Origin: a virus
Taxonomy: Duplodnaviria; Caudoviricetes
DNA: 32,198 nucleotides
Reading direction: 5' to 3' (one strand)
Virus record (IMG/VR): IMGVR_UViG_3300027563_000024
Location: 1-32,198 of that record
In this document: positions 1 through 8,829 of the stretch, in pieces
Numbering within the stretch: the stretch's first letter is position 1
Layout of the letters: each line of letters opens with the position of its first letter
Program-made: the position numbers and the translations under genes
The notes under the pieces: generated by a model
What the model saw: only the letters and a program-made list of their open reading frames with translations
Told to the model about the DNA's origin: nothing
Databases searched by the model: none

Positions 1-222
1 CAGTATTTTGAAATTCCATTATATGAGTCAACAAAATACAATACATCTGGAGCTATAATTGATCATGATGAGGGAGATTTGCTTTTGTGGCAATCTAACA
101 TGTCTCATGGTTATACTCAAAATAATCAAGACAACAGAATTTCAATATCATTTAATGTGATGCCTAGATATTTAAATAACAAATCATATAGTTTTAGGAT
201 TGAGCGTGATGAAACTAATTGA
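1..222 (+). CDS. 3' end of a putative 2OG-Fe(II) oxygenase (TIGR02466-like), truncated by window start
   Basis: Frame 1 reads QYFEIPLYESTKYNTSGAIIDHDEGDLLLWQSNMSHGYTQNNQDNRISISFNVMPR...ETN*. EGDLLLW.S...H and RISISFN are the distal His/Arg motifs of phage 2OG-Fe(II) oxygenases. Not in the supplied ORF track. Confidence 0.75.
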   Translation, partial: QYFEIPLYESTKYNTSGAIIDHDEGDLLLWQSNMSHGYTQNNQDNRISISFNVMPRYLNNKSYSFRIERDETN

Positions 223-877
223 GATAGACGAGATTGAAAAGGTATGTCAAGTCAATACAGATTCTAAATTAGAAAAAGTTATTTACGACAATATTTCTTT
301 TAACATCATTCGTAATTTTTTAAAATATCCAGAAGAGTATAAAAATCTTTTACAACTATTTCCAGCTACAAGAGATTCAACTTATTCACCTGGATACAGA
401 CAAGATATTCCACCATGGGCAGCAAAATTTATTACAAATTATGTAAGAGAATTTATACCAAATTGGTTACCAGAAAGAATTTCTTGTAATATTTACAATG
501 GAAATATGCTGATGAAACAGCATTCAAATCTACCACATTCAGATCCTTTCCATGCGGTATGGAATTTATGGTTAAATGAAAATTGTGTTGGTGGAACTGC
601 TTTCTGGTTACATAAAGGAAAGCGGCATGTTGATGAATTATCAAAAGAAGAATATAGTTATCTGTTCAACAATCCATTATCTTCAAGTGAGTATGAACCA
701 TGGAAAAATTTTAAAGGAAATCAAGATTGGGAATTATCATGTATAGCACCAATGGAATACAACACCATGTTATTCTATAACGGTGGATTTTTTCACTCGC
801 CATGGATTCAAGAAAGTTGGTATTTGGATGAGTATAGATATAGTATGGTTGGCATGGGAGATTTTGAAAATGTTTAG
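209..877 (+). CDS. DUF6445-like / 2OG-Fe(II) oxygenase-like protein
   Basis: Motifs LPHSD (HxD), GGTAFW, YNTMLFYNGGFFHS and a distal R. ATG at 209 overlaps the upstream gene end. Confidence 0.65.
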   Translation: MKLIEIDEIEKVCQVNTDSKLEKVIYDNISFNIIRNFLKYPEEYKNLLQLFPATRDSTYSPGYRQDIPPWAAKFITNYVREFIPNWLPERISCNIYNGNMLMKQHSNLPHSDPFHAVWNLWLNENCVGGTAFWLHKGKRHVDELSKEEYSYLFNNPLSSSEYEPWKNFKGNQDWELSCIAPMEYNTMLFYNGGFFHSPWIQESWYLDEYRYSMVGMGDFENV

Positions 878-2561
878 TTTACCAATTAATCCAAAAATAG
901 ATGAAAATTTTGCTAATAATATTCTTATTCCTTTTCTGAAGAAGCACAAGGAATATATCTTTGACCTTTACTTCACCTGTCGTATGCCTCCTTTTATACA
1001 GGATGCTATGGGTGATGTATTTGAAGATGACTTAAGACAGACAACATTTAATGCTCTCTACATTTCAAAACAAACTGGCATTCCTTTGTCTGCTACATTT
1101 AACAATCCTTATGTCAGACCAACGCAAGAAAATTTAGATCTATTCATTAACAACTTTAGGTATATCTACGAAGCTGGTGTTAGGACAGTGACGCTTCCTC
1201 ATACCTCTTGGATGCTCACTGGTCAGATTCAAAAAGAGATGCCTGAACTTTATGTCAAGAATACTATTCTACATGAAGTCACGAAAGCAAATGATATTGT
1301 ATCTCTCGCTAAGGCAGGATTTAATTACATCAATCTTGATAGAGATTTGATGAGAGACCAGGACCAACTCAGGCGTCTCAAAGAAGCAAAGGATTATTGT
1401 GCTTCTATTGGTAAACCAGTCAAGTTCTCTATGCTTGCCAATGAAGGATGTTGGGGTGGATGCCCTATCATGCCAGAGCATTACCACTATAATAACACAA
1501 GAGAAAATCACGAACCACCATACTTTGGTAATATTATCAGTAGAGTATCATGTTCTAAATGGGAACAACAAGATAGCTCTGTTGTATTAAAATCTTCCAA
1601 TCTTCCACCATGGAAAAAAGATTGGGAAGAGATGTTTGATTTGGGCATTGATGTTTTCAAACTACATGGTAGAGAAAGTGTCATGCGTCTCAAAGAGAGT
1701 ATGGATATTATTCATCGTTGGGCAAATGATGAGGAACTATTATTCCCAGAACTCAATAATTATATTGAAGATAAAAGTTTAAAAGAGAGACCGATTGACA
1801 TCTGGAGAGAGAAGATCAAAACCTGTAAGTTTGATTGTTGGGATTGTAACTACTGTGAAGCAGTTATAGATGCCCACCACAAGAAACAGGATAGAGTGGT
1901 TCATCCATTGGTTACTTTAGCACTTGATGCTATTGATAGATCTGCTACTGGAGACACTAAGTTTGATCCACAAGGATTTAACATTGAAGGGTTGTCTTCT
2001 GATAGAGTGAGACATTTTCTTAATCATCTATGTTCCGACACAAAGAACACATATCTAGAAATTGGATGCTATACTGGTAGCACATACTTTGCCGCCATTA
2101 TGGGCAACAATATTGTGTCGTATGCTGTTGATAATTTTGCTGCTCCTATTTCTCCCGCTAGGGATGACATTGAATGGATTGGATGTAAAGATCCAAAGGC
2201 AGAACTTAATAGAAACAACATCTTGTTTGGTAGCTTAAAATCTGCTATAATAAATATTGATGTGAGACAGTTAAATGATTCTCACTTCAGTAAAAAACCA
2301 AACATAGTATTCTATGATGGGGAACACGACGATCAGCAAATAGATTGTTTGAATAACCTATTACCAAATTTACCAGATACTTTTATTTTGGTTTTAGATG
2401 ATGCTAATTTTGATGGGGTTATCCGTAATGGAGAAAAATTTATAGGTATAAATAACCTACGAATACTATTTGAAAGGCAAATCATAACGCCTCAAATAGA
2501 AGATTCCACCAGTTGGTGGAATGGATTATCAATTTATGTTTTAACTAAAAAGGAGATTTGA
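870..2561 (+). CDS. Fusion of a U32 'peptidase'-like (Fe-S hydroxylase family) domain and a class I SAM-dependent methyltransferase (Methyltransf_24-like)
   Basis: Likely start ATG 870 (MFSLPINPK) overlapping the upstream stop. N-part has LANEGCWGGCP..H, a later Cys (VSCSKW), FKLHGRE and CKFDCWDCNYC. C-part has YLEIGCYTGST (motif I), AVDNF, VFYDGEH and LVLDD. Confidence 0.7.
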   Translation: MFSLPINPKIDENFANNILIPFLKKHKEYIFDLYFTCRMPPFIQDAMGDVFEDDLRQTTFNALYISKQTGIPLSATFNNPYVRPTQENLDLFINNFRYIYEAGVRTVTLPHTSWMLTGQIQKEMPELYVKNTILHEVTKANDIVSLAKAGFNYINLDRDLMRDQDQLRRLKEAKDYCASIGKPVKFSMLANEGCWGGCPIMPEHYHYNNTRENHEPPYFGNIISRVSCSKWEQQDSSVVLKSSNLPPWKKDWEEMFDLGIDVFKLHGRESVMRLKESMDIIHRWANDEELLFPELNNYIEDKSLKERPIDIWREKIKTCKFDCWDCNYCEAVIDAHHKKQDRVVHPLVTLALDAIDRSATGDTKFDPQGFNIEGLSSDRVRHFLNHLCSDTKNTYLEIGCYTGSTYFAAIMGNNIVSYAVDNFAAPISPARDDIEWIGCKDPKAELNRNNILFGSLKSAIINIDVRQLNDSHFSKKPNIVFYDGEHDDQQIDCLNNLLPNLPDTFILVLDDANFDGVIRNGEKFIGINNLRILFERQIITPQIEDSTSWWNGLSIYVLTKKEI

Positions 2562-2566
2562 TTACC

Positions 2567-2773
2567 ATGGCAGCAGACACCGCAACACTTAAAGAAAATT
2601 TCAAGACCCAACTTACTAATGTTGAAGGTCAACTTGCTAAACTTGAAGAAGAGTTAGCAAAGGCAAAAGAATATCGCCTCAAACTTCAAGGTGGTTTAGA
2701 AACTTTAGAACTTCTAGATCCAACTGAAGAAGCACCAGCAGCAGAAACAACACCTACAGAAGTGGTTGAATGA
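2567..2773 (+). CDS. Small coiled-coil hypothetical protein upstream of gp13
   Basis: AGGAG at 2551-2555 and ATG 2567. Heptad-like QLAKLEEELAKAKEYRLKLQGGLETLELL. Confidence 0.75.
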   Translation: MAADTATLKENFKTQLTNVEGQLAKLEEELAKAKEYRLKLQGGLETLELLDPTEEAPAAETTPTEVVE

Positions 2774-2776
2774 CTT

Positions 2777-2784
2777 TATAAATA
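2777..2784 (+). promoter_or_regulatory. T4-type late promoter TATAAATA
   Basis: Exact T4 late -10 consensus, intergenic, upstream of gp13. Confidence 0.7.
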
Positions 2785-2793
2785 GGTGCTTAT

Positions 2794-2827
2794 ATCCCTA
2801 CATGCTAAATACATGTAGGGATTTTTT
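2794..2827 (+). terminator. Rho-independent terminator-like hairpin
   Basis: ATCCCTACATG-ctaaata-CATGTAGGGAT, a perfect 11-bp stem followed by a T run. Confidence 0.75.
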
Positions 2828-2840
2828 GTAGGATTGCTAC

Positions 2841-3683
2841 ATGTCGGCATCAAAACCAGCAACTAGAGCAGAATTAAAAGATTACTGTTTACGACAGCTT
2901 GGTTCTCCTGTTTTAGAAATTAACGTTGATACTCAACAACTAGAAGACCGCATAGATGAGGCTCTTCAGTATTTTCATGAACGTCATTTTGACGGTTCAG
3001 AAAGAATGTATTTGAAACATAAAATAACTGCAGACGATGTTACTCGTTTTACAACGTCAGATGAATTGTCAAGTACAACAGCACCAGATAGTTCTACTTG
3101 GGAAAACAGAAAAAACTTTATAGAAATGCCAGACAATGTGTTTGGTATTCAAAAAGTATTTGGAGTGTCTTCTAACTTCCTCAGAAACGATTTGTTTGGT
3201 CTATCTAATCAATATTACCTTATGGATTTATTCGCCATTTCATCGGGCGGAACATTTTCATATGGTAACTTTGATATGACAAACTACTATATGATTAAAC
3301 AGTATTTTGAAACCCTTGATATGGTTATTAATACTGGTGCTTTTGTGGAATATCGTTTCAACAAAAGACAAGACAGATTGTATGTTGATATAGATGTTAA
3401 ACGAGTTAAAGAAGATTCTTATTTTCTAATTGATTGCTCTAGAGCAATAGATCCAGATGTGTACACGCAAATTTGGAATGACTTCTTTCTGAAGCGTTAC
3501 ACCACGGCTTTATTTAAACGTCAGTGGGGGCAAAATCTTATTAAATTTAATGGAGTACAATTACCTGGCGGTGTCTCACTCAATGGGCGTCAGATATTTG
3601 AAGACGCCATTAAAGAGATTGGTGATATTGAAAGTAAGATGATTTCGGATTACGAATTACCAATACTTGACATGATAGGATAA
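2841..3683 (+). CDS. gp13: Neck protein gp13
   Basis: PATRAELKDYCLRQLGSPVLEINV and KRQWGQNLIKFNGVQLPGGVSLNG signatures; synteny 13-14-15-16-17. Confidence 0.95.
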   Translation: MSASKPATRAELKDYCLRQLGSPVLEINVDTQQLEDRIDEALQYFHERHFDGSERMYLKHKITADDVTRFTTSDELSSTTAPDSSTWENRKNFIEMPDNVFGIQKVFGVSSNFLRNDLFGLSNQYYLMDLFAISSGGTFSYGNFDMTNYYMIKQYFETLDMVINTGAFVEYRFNKRQDRLYVDIDVKRVKEDSYFLIDCSRAIDPDVYTQIWNDFFLKRYTTALFKRQWGQNLIKFNGVQLPGGVSLNGRQIFEDAIKEIGDIESKMISDYELPILDMIG

Positions 3684-4582
3684 TGGCAAAAAGTCAATAC
3701 TTTCCACAGTATGGTGGAAGAACATCAGAGCAAACTTTAGTTCAAGATTTAGTTGACGAACAGATTAAATTGTTCGGGCAAGATGTAGTGTACGTACCAA
3801 AAACTATGTTGATTGATAAAGTTTTGAATGATGTAATTCTTTCAAAATTTGAAGACAGCGTAACTATTGAGATGATGTTAATTAATGTTGAGGGATTTGG
3901 TGGTGCTGGTGCTGTAGCGATGTCTAAGTTTGGTCTCAAACTATCTGATGAAATCACATATGCTGTATCCAAAAGACGTTGGATTAACTATGTTGAAACT
4001 GAAATTGATACAAGAGTTCCTAATAGACCGAACGAAGGTGACTTACTTTATGTGCCGATGACAAAAAATTTATATGAAATAAAGTTTGTAGAAAGAGAAA
4101 CTCCATTCTATCAATTAGGAAAAAATTATATCTTTTCGCTATCATGTGAATTGATTGAGAATGCTGATACTTACTTTGATACTGGTAATTCGGATATTGA
4201 TACACTTACTCAGGAAGCATATGTATTCCCAGTTACAGTTAAGGTAGGTGGCAGTGGTGCGTTTGTTGTTGGAGAGGAAGTAAGGCAGACTTATATGGTT
4301 GATGGTATTCCAGTTATCACAAAAGCAACAGTTGCTGACTGGTCTCCAAGCACTCGTAAGTTACGTTTAACATATATAAATGGAGTGTTAAAGCAGAATA
4401 TTGCTTTGGTGGGACAAGATACAGCAGCTTCATGGATAGTTGATACCTTCTCCACAATTGATTTTGATATTGATAATTATGATAATGATCAAAACAAAGT
4501 TATAGAAACACAATCAGACACCATTATTGATTTCACAGAAGGAAATCCATTTGGTGAATTTGGAAATATGGGGGTATTCTAA
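3683..4582 (+). CDS. gp14: Neck protein gp14
   Basis: EQTLVQDLVDEQIKLFG, RPNEGDLLY, EIKFVERETPFYQLGK, IDFTEGNPFG. Confidence 0.95.
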   Translation: MAKSQYFPQYGGRTSEQTLVQDLVDEQIKLFGQDVVYVPKTMLIDKVLNDVILSKFEDSVTIEMMLINVEGFGGAGAVAMSKFGLKLSDEITYAVSKRRWINYVETEIDTRVPNRPNEGDLLYVPMTKNLYEIKFVERETPFYQLGKNYIFSLSCELIENADTYFDTGNSDIDTLTQEAYVFPVTVKVGGSGAFVVGEEVRQTYMVDGIPVITKATVADWSPSTRKLRLTYINGVLKQNIALVGQDTAASWIVDTFSTIDFDIDNYDNDQNKVIETQSDTIIDFTEGNPFGEFGNMGVF

Positions 4583-5379
4583 TGTTAGGGAATAGATTTT
4601 ATCACGAAATTATTAAAAAAAATGTGAAAGCATTTGGAACAATCTTCAACAATATACAAATTGAGAAGAAAGATCCAGATACTGGTGCAGTCATTCGGCA
4701 AGAAAAAGTTGCTTTGGCATATGGTCCTAAGTCAAAATTTCTTGCTCGGTTAGATCAAGACCCAGATACTGAGCGCAAAGTATCTATTACTATGCCACGT
4801 ATCTCATTTGAGATGACTGGTATTACTTATGACCCATCCAGAAAAACTTCACCTATTCAGAAGTATCTAAAGAAAGATGACGCTGATAGCGTAAAGGTTC
4901 AGTATATGCCAGTGCCATATAATTTGGCATTTGAACTGGGTATTCTTTCAAAGAACCAAGATGATGCATTACAAATCTTAGAGCAAATACTTCCATACTT
5001 TCAACCATCATTTACAGTATCAATTAATCTAATACCAGAAATGGATGAGAAGAAAGATCTTCCAATCATTCTAAACAATATTAATTACGAAGATGATTAC
5101 GAAGATGATATGACACGCAGAAGAGCGATTACTTATACACTTGATTTTACATTAAAAACATATATGTATGGTCCTGTGCAATCAGCAGAAGTTATTCGCA
5201 AGGCAACCGTATTTGAAAGTATTGGTGATTTTCAAGAACATCGTCGTGCTGTTAGATATGATGTAACACCAAGAGCATTGACAAGTCAAGACGCAGATGG
5301 TGATATTGACAATACAGATGATCTATTATTGATGCCAGATGATGACTTCGGATTTAACGAGGGCATTACATTATTATGA
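4582..5379 (+). CDS. gp15: Tail sheath stabilizer / tail terminator gp15
   Basis: FYHEIIKKNVKAFGTIFNNI, LAYGPK, PRISFE, PVPYN, QILEQILPYFQP. Confidence 0.95.
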   Translation: MLGNRFYHEIIKKNVKAFGTIFNNIQIEKKDPDTGAVIRQEKVALAYGPKSKFLARLDQDPDTERKVSITMPRISFEMTGITYDPSRKTSPIQKYLKKDDADSVKVQYMPVPYNLAFELGILSKNQDDALQILEQILPYFQPSFTVSINLIPEMDEKKDLPIILNNINYEDDYEDDMTRRRAITYTLDFTLKTYMYGPVQSAEVIRKATVFESIGDFQEHRRAVRYDVTPRALTSQDADGDIDNTDDLLLMPDDDFGFNEGITLL

Positions 5380-5798
5380 GTAAATTTGAAAACAATATGG
5401 AAGAAATTTTTGACATTGACGTAACTCCTATAGAAACAAAAATTGAAATGATTAAACAAACAACTAGCGACATCTCAGTAGATGCTGATAAAGATTATAA
5501 TTACACCAGAGCTAACCTTTACAATTTAATTGATAAAGCATCGGAGGCAATCAATGATGTACTTGACTTAGCAAGAGAAAGTAATCATCCAAGAGCTTAC
5601 GAGGTTGCTGGTAACTTCATTAAGCAAACTGCTGATATGACTGATAAGTTGATTGACCTACAAAAGAAAATCAAAGACCTTGAGAAGACGGATAAGAAAT
5701 CTGCTGCTATCAATGGTAACGTGACTAACAATATGTTTTTTGGAACAACTGCTGACCTTCAATTGTTATTGAAGAAAGGAAAAGTTGAAGAAGAATAA
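5376..5798 (+). CDS. gp16: Terminase small subunit gp16
   Basis: DYNYTRANLY, ESNHPRAYEVAG, NNMFFGTTADLQ. Confidence 0.93.
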   Translation: MSKFENNMEEIFDIDVTPIETKIEMIKQTTSDISVDADKDYNYTRANLYNLIDKASEAINDVLDLARESNHPRAYEVAGNFIKQTADMTDKLIDLQKKIKDLEKTDKKSAAINGNVTNNMFFGTTADLQLLLKKGKVEEE

Positions 5799-5801
5799 AT
5801 A
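5794..5801 (+). promoter_or_regulatory. Late promoter-like AATAAATA
   Basis: One mismatch to TATAAATA; overlaps the gp16 stop, about 20 nt before the next ATG. Confidence 0.5.
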
Positions 5802-5821
5802 GAAAATAAACGGAAATTACT

Positions 5822-6091
5822 ATGAGAGTTAAAATACTAGGAAGTGCAGTGACACTTACAACCACTCCAAGCGTAGTTAGCGCAACAGCTGTTGATGTAT
5901 TGATAGTTCATGATGCTGGTGGCAATACTGGAAGAACTATTACTCTTTATGAGAATGACGGAACTACTGTAGTTGGTTCGTATTTTAGTAATCCTGGTTC
6001 TGAATTAGTCGTTCATAAAAGAGCAGATCAAAAACTTAAAGTGGATGCTGGAACGGATGTAAGAGCCACGTCAGTTGGATATTTCTCATAA
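5822..6091 (+). CDS. Small beta-rich hypothetical (possible virion) protein
   Basis: Clean 89-aa ORF tightly packed between gp16 and gp17, with a late-promoter-like motif upstream. Confidence 0.75.
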   Translation: MRVKILGSAVTLTTTPSVVSATAVDVLIVHDAGGNTGRTITLYENDGTTVVGSYFSNPGSELVVHKRADQKLKVDAGTDVRATSVGYFS

Positions 6092-6600
6092 TGGAAAAGA
6101 AAACTGTCAAACAGATGCGTGAGATTTGTGAAAATCACATTGATGTTGCGATGGGTAAAGAGATTGATGATGAAGGTGGAATGATTATGAGTCAACTTGA
6201 TACTATTGAGAATGCGGTTAACCGTCTTCGCTCAGTAGTTAGAGACCCCAAAATGCAGCTTCCTGGTTGGGTTCAATCTAAGGTTACACTTGCCTGCGAT
6301 TACATTGATACTGCTGCTGATTATATGAGTAGTAATAGAAATGAAGAGTATGTTTCTGAGGGGGATGCCTGGACAAAAAAGTCTGGTAAGAATTCAGAAG
6401 GTGGTCTGAATGAAAAAGGTAGAAAGTCATACGAGAAAGCAAATCCTGGAAGCGACCTCAAAGCACCTTCAAAGAAGGTTGGAAATCCCCGCAGGAAATC
6501 ATTTTGTGCTCGTATGAAAGGAATGCGTAAGAGACAAAAAGATAGTAATAACACTGGTGAAGACCGTCTATCTAAATCATTAAGAGCGTGGAATTGCTAA
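6091..6600 (+). CDS. Two-module hypothetical protein with DUF6321-like C-terminus (possible head-internal protein)
   Basis: N module DDEGGM..SQL...LPGWVQSKVTLA.DY; basic C module AWTKKSGKNSEGGLNEKGR...RRKSFCARM...LRAWNC. Confidence 0.7.
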   Translation: MEKKTVKQMREICENHIDVAMGKEIDDEGGMIMSQLDTIENAVNRLRSVVRDPKMQLPGWVQSKVTLACDYIDTAADYMSSNRNEEYVSEGDAWTKKSGKNSEGGLNEKGRKSYEKANPGSDLKAPSKKVGNPRRKSFCARMKGMRKRQKDSNNTGEDRLSKSLRAWNC

Positions 6601-6653
6601 CACAAAGAGTATCACATTGATACATAATATTATTTCCATTACAAATAACATAT

Positions 6654-6908
6654 ATGAGTGAAAAGGTATTTGGACTTCCCAGTAAAATTTGCTCAAAGTG
6701 TGGAGCTTGTTGGATTGGTGGTCAGCACTATTGGTCAGGCACAGCAAAGTTAGGAGACGAAACTGAATTAGCATCATTAGTTTGTGACATGGTTAAATCA
6801 GATGAATGTATTAACCCAGCAAAAGGCACTACAAAAGGTGACGGGTGGGCAAAACGATTAGCGGCAATGGAAACTTTTGAAAGAGATTTGGATAAATTAA
6901 ATGACTGA
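6654..6908 (+). CDS. Cys-rich hypothetical protein (CxxC)
   Basis: KICSKCGACWIGGQHYWSG...LVC...CINP; overlaps the gp17 start. Confidence 0.75.
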   Translation: MSEKVFGLPSKICSKCGACWIGGQHYWSGTAKLGDETELASLVCDMVKSDECINPAKGTTKGDGWAKRLAAMETFERDLDKLND

Positions 6909-8562
6909 AAATTTATATCTAGGTAATCCTAATTTAAAGAAAGCAAATACTTCTATTAATTTTACTAAAAAACAAATACAAGAATTTGTTAAGTGTAAGG
7001 ATGATCCAATATATTTTGCTAAAACTTATATGAAGATCATCTCACTGGATGAAGGTCTCATACCTTTTACCATGTATGATTTTCAGGAAAAATTAATTGA
7101 TAATTTTCACAACAATAGATTTAACATAGCAAAACTACCAAGACAGACAGGAAAATCAACAACTGTTATTGGGTATCTACTTCACTATGCTGTCTTCAAT
7201 GACAATGTTAAGATTGCTATTCTGGCAAACAAGGCAGAAACATCAAGAGAACTTCTGTCTCGTTTACAACTGGCATACGAGAACCTTCCTAAGTGGATGC
7301 AGCAAGGCGTCATAGCGTGGAACAAAGGTTCGTTGGAACTAGATAACGGTTCTAAGATCATCGCTGCCTCAACGTCTTCTAGCGCCGTTAGAGGGAACTC
7401 ATTCAACATCATCTTTCTTGACGAGTTTGCGTTCGTTCCAAACCACATGGCAGAGCAGTTCTTTAGCTCTGTGTATCCCACTATCTCATCTGGTAAGACA
7501 ACAAAAGTTATTATTATTTCTACCCCACAGGGTATGAATATGTTCTACAAGCTGTGGCACGACGCAGAGCGCGGCAGGAACGCCTACGTGCCCCTGGAAG
7601 TTCATTGGAGTGACGTTCCTGGCAGAGACCAGGCATGGAAGGAAGAGACCATTAGAAACACCTCTGAGAGGCAGTTTACGCAGGAGTTTGAATGTGAGTT
7701 CCTGGGATCGGTTGATACGCTCATCTCTGCTGCTAAGTTGAGGTCTATGGCATACGAAGACCCAATACAAGATAACAAGAAAGGTCTTAAGGTATACGAG
7801 AAAGTTAAAGAAACCAGCGATTACATTATAACTGTTGACGTTTCTCGTGGAACAAACAATGACTTCTCAGCATTTGTAGTGTTTGATATTACTACACTAC
7901 CTTGGAAGATTGTTGCCAAGTATAGAAACAATGAAATTAAACCAATCTTGTTTCCAAATGTCATTGAGCAAGTTGCTAAGAATTACAACAAAGCATATAT
8001 TCTAATTGAGATTAATGATATTGGAGAGCAAGTAGGTACTATTCTTCATTATGATTTGGAGTATCCAAATGTTTTGATGTGTGCTATGCGCGGTAGAGCA
8101 GGGCAGATTGTGGGTCAGGGTTTTTCTGGCACAAAATCTCAACTTGGTCTGAAGATGTCAAAAGTTACAAAGAAGGTTGGGTGCTCTAACTTAAAGACAT
8201 TGATTGAAGATGACAAGCTACTGATTAATGATTATGAAATCATTAGTGAGTTGACAACATTTATTCAAAAAAATGATTCATTTACTGCTGACGATGGGCA
8301 TAACGATGACCTTGTAATGTGTTTGGTATTGTTTGCGTGGTTGGTGGTTCAACCATACTTCAAAGAGATGACAGATAATGATGTTCGTCAAAGAATATAC
8401 GAAGATCAATCAAATCAAATTGAACAGGACATGGCACCGTTTGGATTTATATTAGATGGGTTAGATGAAGAAGAAAAGATAATAGATGAAGATGGGAGTG
8501 TTTGGTATACAGATGGTTATGGAAATCCATATGCAGATGTGGAATATATGTTGGGTTACTAA
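6901..8562 (+). CDS. gp17: Terminase large subunit gp17
   Basis: YLGNPNLK, Walker A PRQTGKST, Walker B FLDEFAF, ISTPQG, nuclease DVSRG and HNDDLVM. No intein or intron evident. Confidence 0.98.
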   Translation: MTENLYLGNPNLKKANTSINFTKKQIQEFVKCKDDPIYFAKTYMKIISLDEGLIPFTMYDFQEKLIDNFHNNRFNIAKLPRQTGKSTTVIGYLLHYAVFNDNVKIAILANKAETSRELLSRLQLAYENLPKWMQQGVIAWNKGSLELDNGSKIIAASTSSSAVRGNSFNIIFLDEFAFVPNHMAEQFFSSVYPTISSGKTTKVIIISTPQGMNMFYKLWHDAERGRNAYVPLEVHWSDVPGRDQAWKEETIRNTSERQFTQEFECEFLGSVDTLISAAKLRSMAYEDPIQDNKKGLKVYEKVKETSDYIITVDVSRGTNNDFSAFVVFDITTLPWKIVAKYRNNEIKPILFPNVIEQVAKNYNKAYILIEINDIGEQVGTILHYDLEYPNVLMCAMRGRAGQIVGQGFSGTKSQLGLKMSKVTKKVGCSNLKTLIEDDKLLINDYEIISELTTFIQKNDSFTADDGHNDDLVMCLVLFAWLVVQPYFKEMTDNDVRQRIYEDQSNQIEQDMAPFGFILDGLDEEEKIIDEDGSVWYTDGYGNPYADVEYMLGY

Positions 8563-8789
8563 TGGATATTGAAGATCAATTTTCATTAGAGCATTTATTG
8601 TTTAGCGAAAGAAAATGTAAATCTTGCAGACAGATAAAGGATTTGATTACCGATTATTACGTTTCAAGAAGAGAAAAAAAATATTTACCATCCTCTTATT
8701 CATATGAATGTAAGGATTGTACTATTAAAAGAATTGTAAGTAATAGAAAAATAACAAAAGTAATTGAACCACTATATCCTGATTGGTAA
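8562..8789 (+). CDS. Zinc-ribbon hypothetical protein
   Basis: Likely start ATG 8562, overlapping the gp17 TAA. Contains ERKCKSC...YSYECKDC...YPDW. Confidence 0.75.
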   Translation: MDIEDQFSLEHLLFSERKCKSCRQIKDLITDYYVSRREKKYLPSSYSYECKDCTIKRIVSNRKITKVIEPLYPDW

Positions 8790-8829
8790 AATGTTCGTGC
8801 GTTGTTTCCCTGTTTGAAATAAACATTTT

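Noticed and set aside
783-869. Upstream extension of the U32-MTase ORF (also extensions at 8502-8561 and 26674-26838)
   Set aside because: Long overlaps with the preceding real genes; downstream ATGs at 870, 8562 and 26839 give typical short coupled overlaps.
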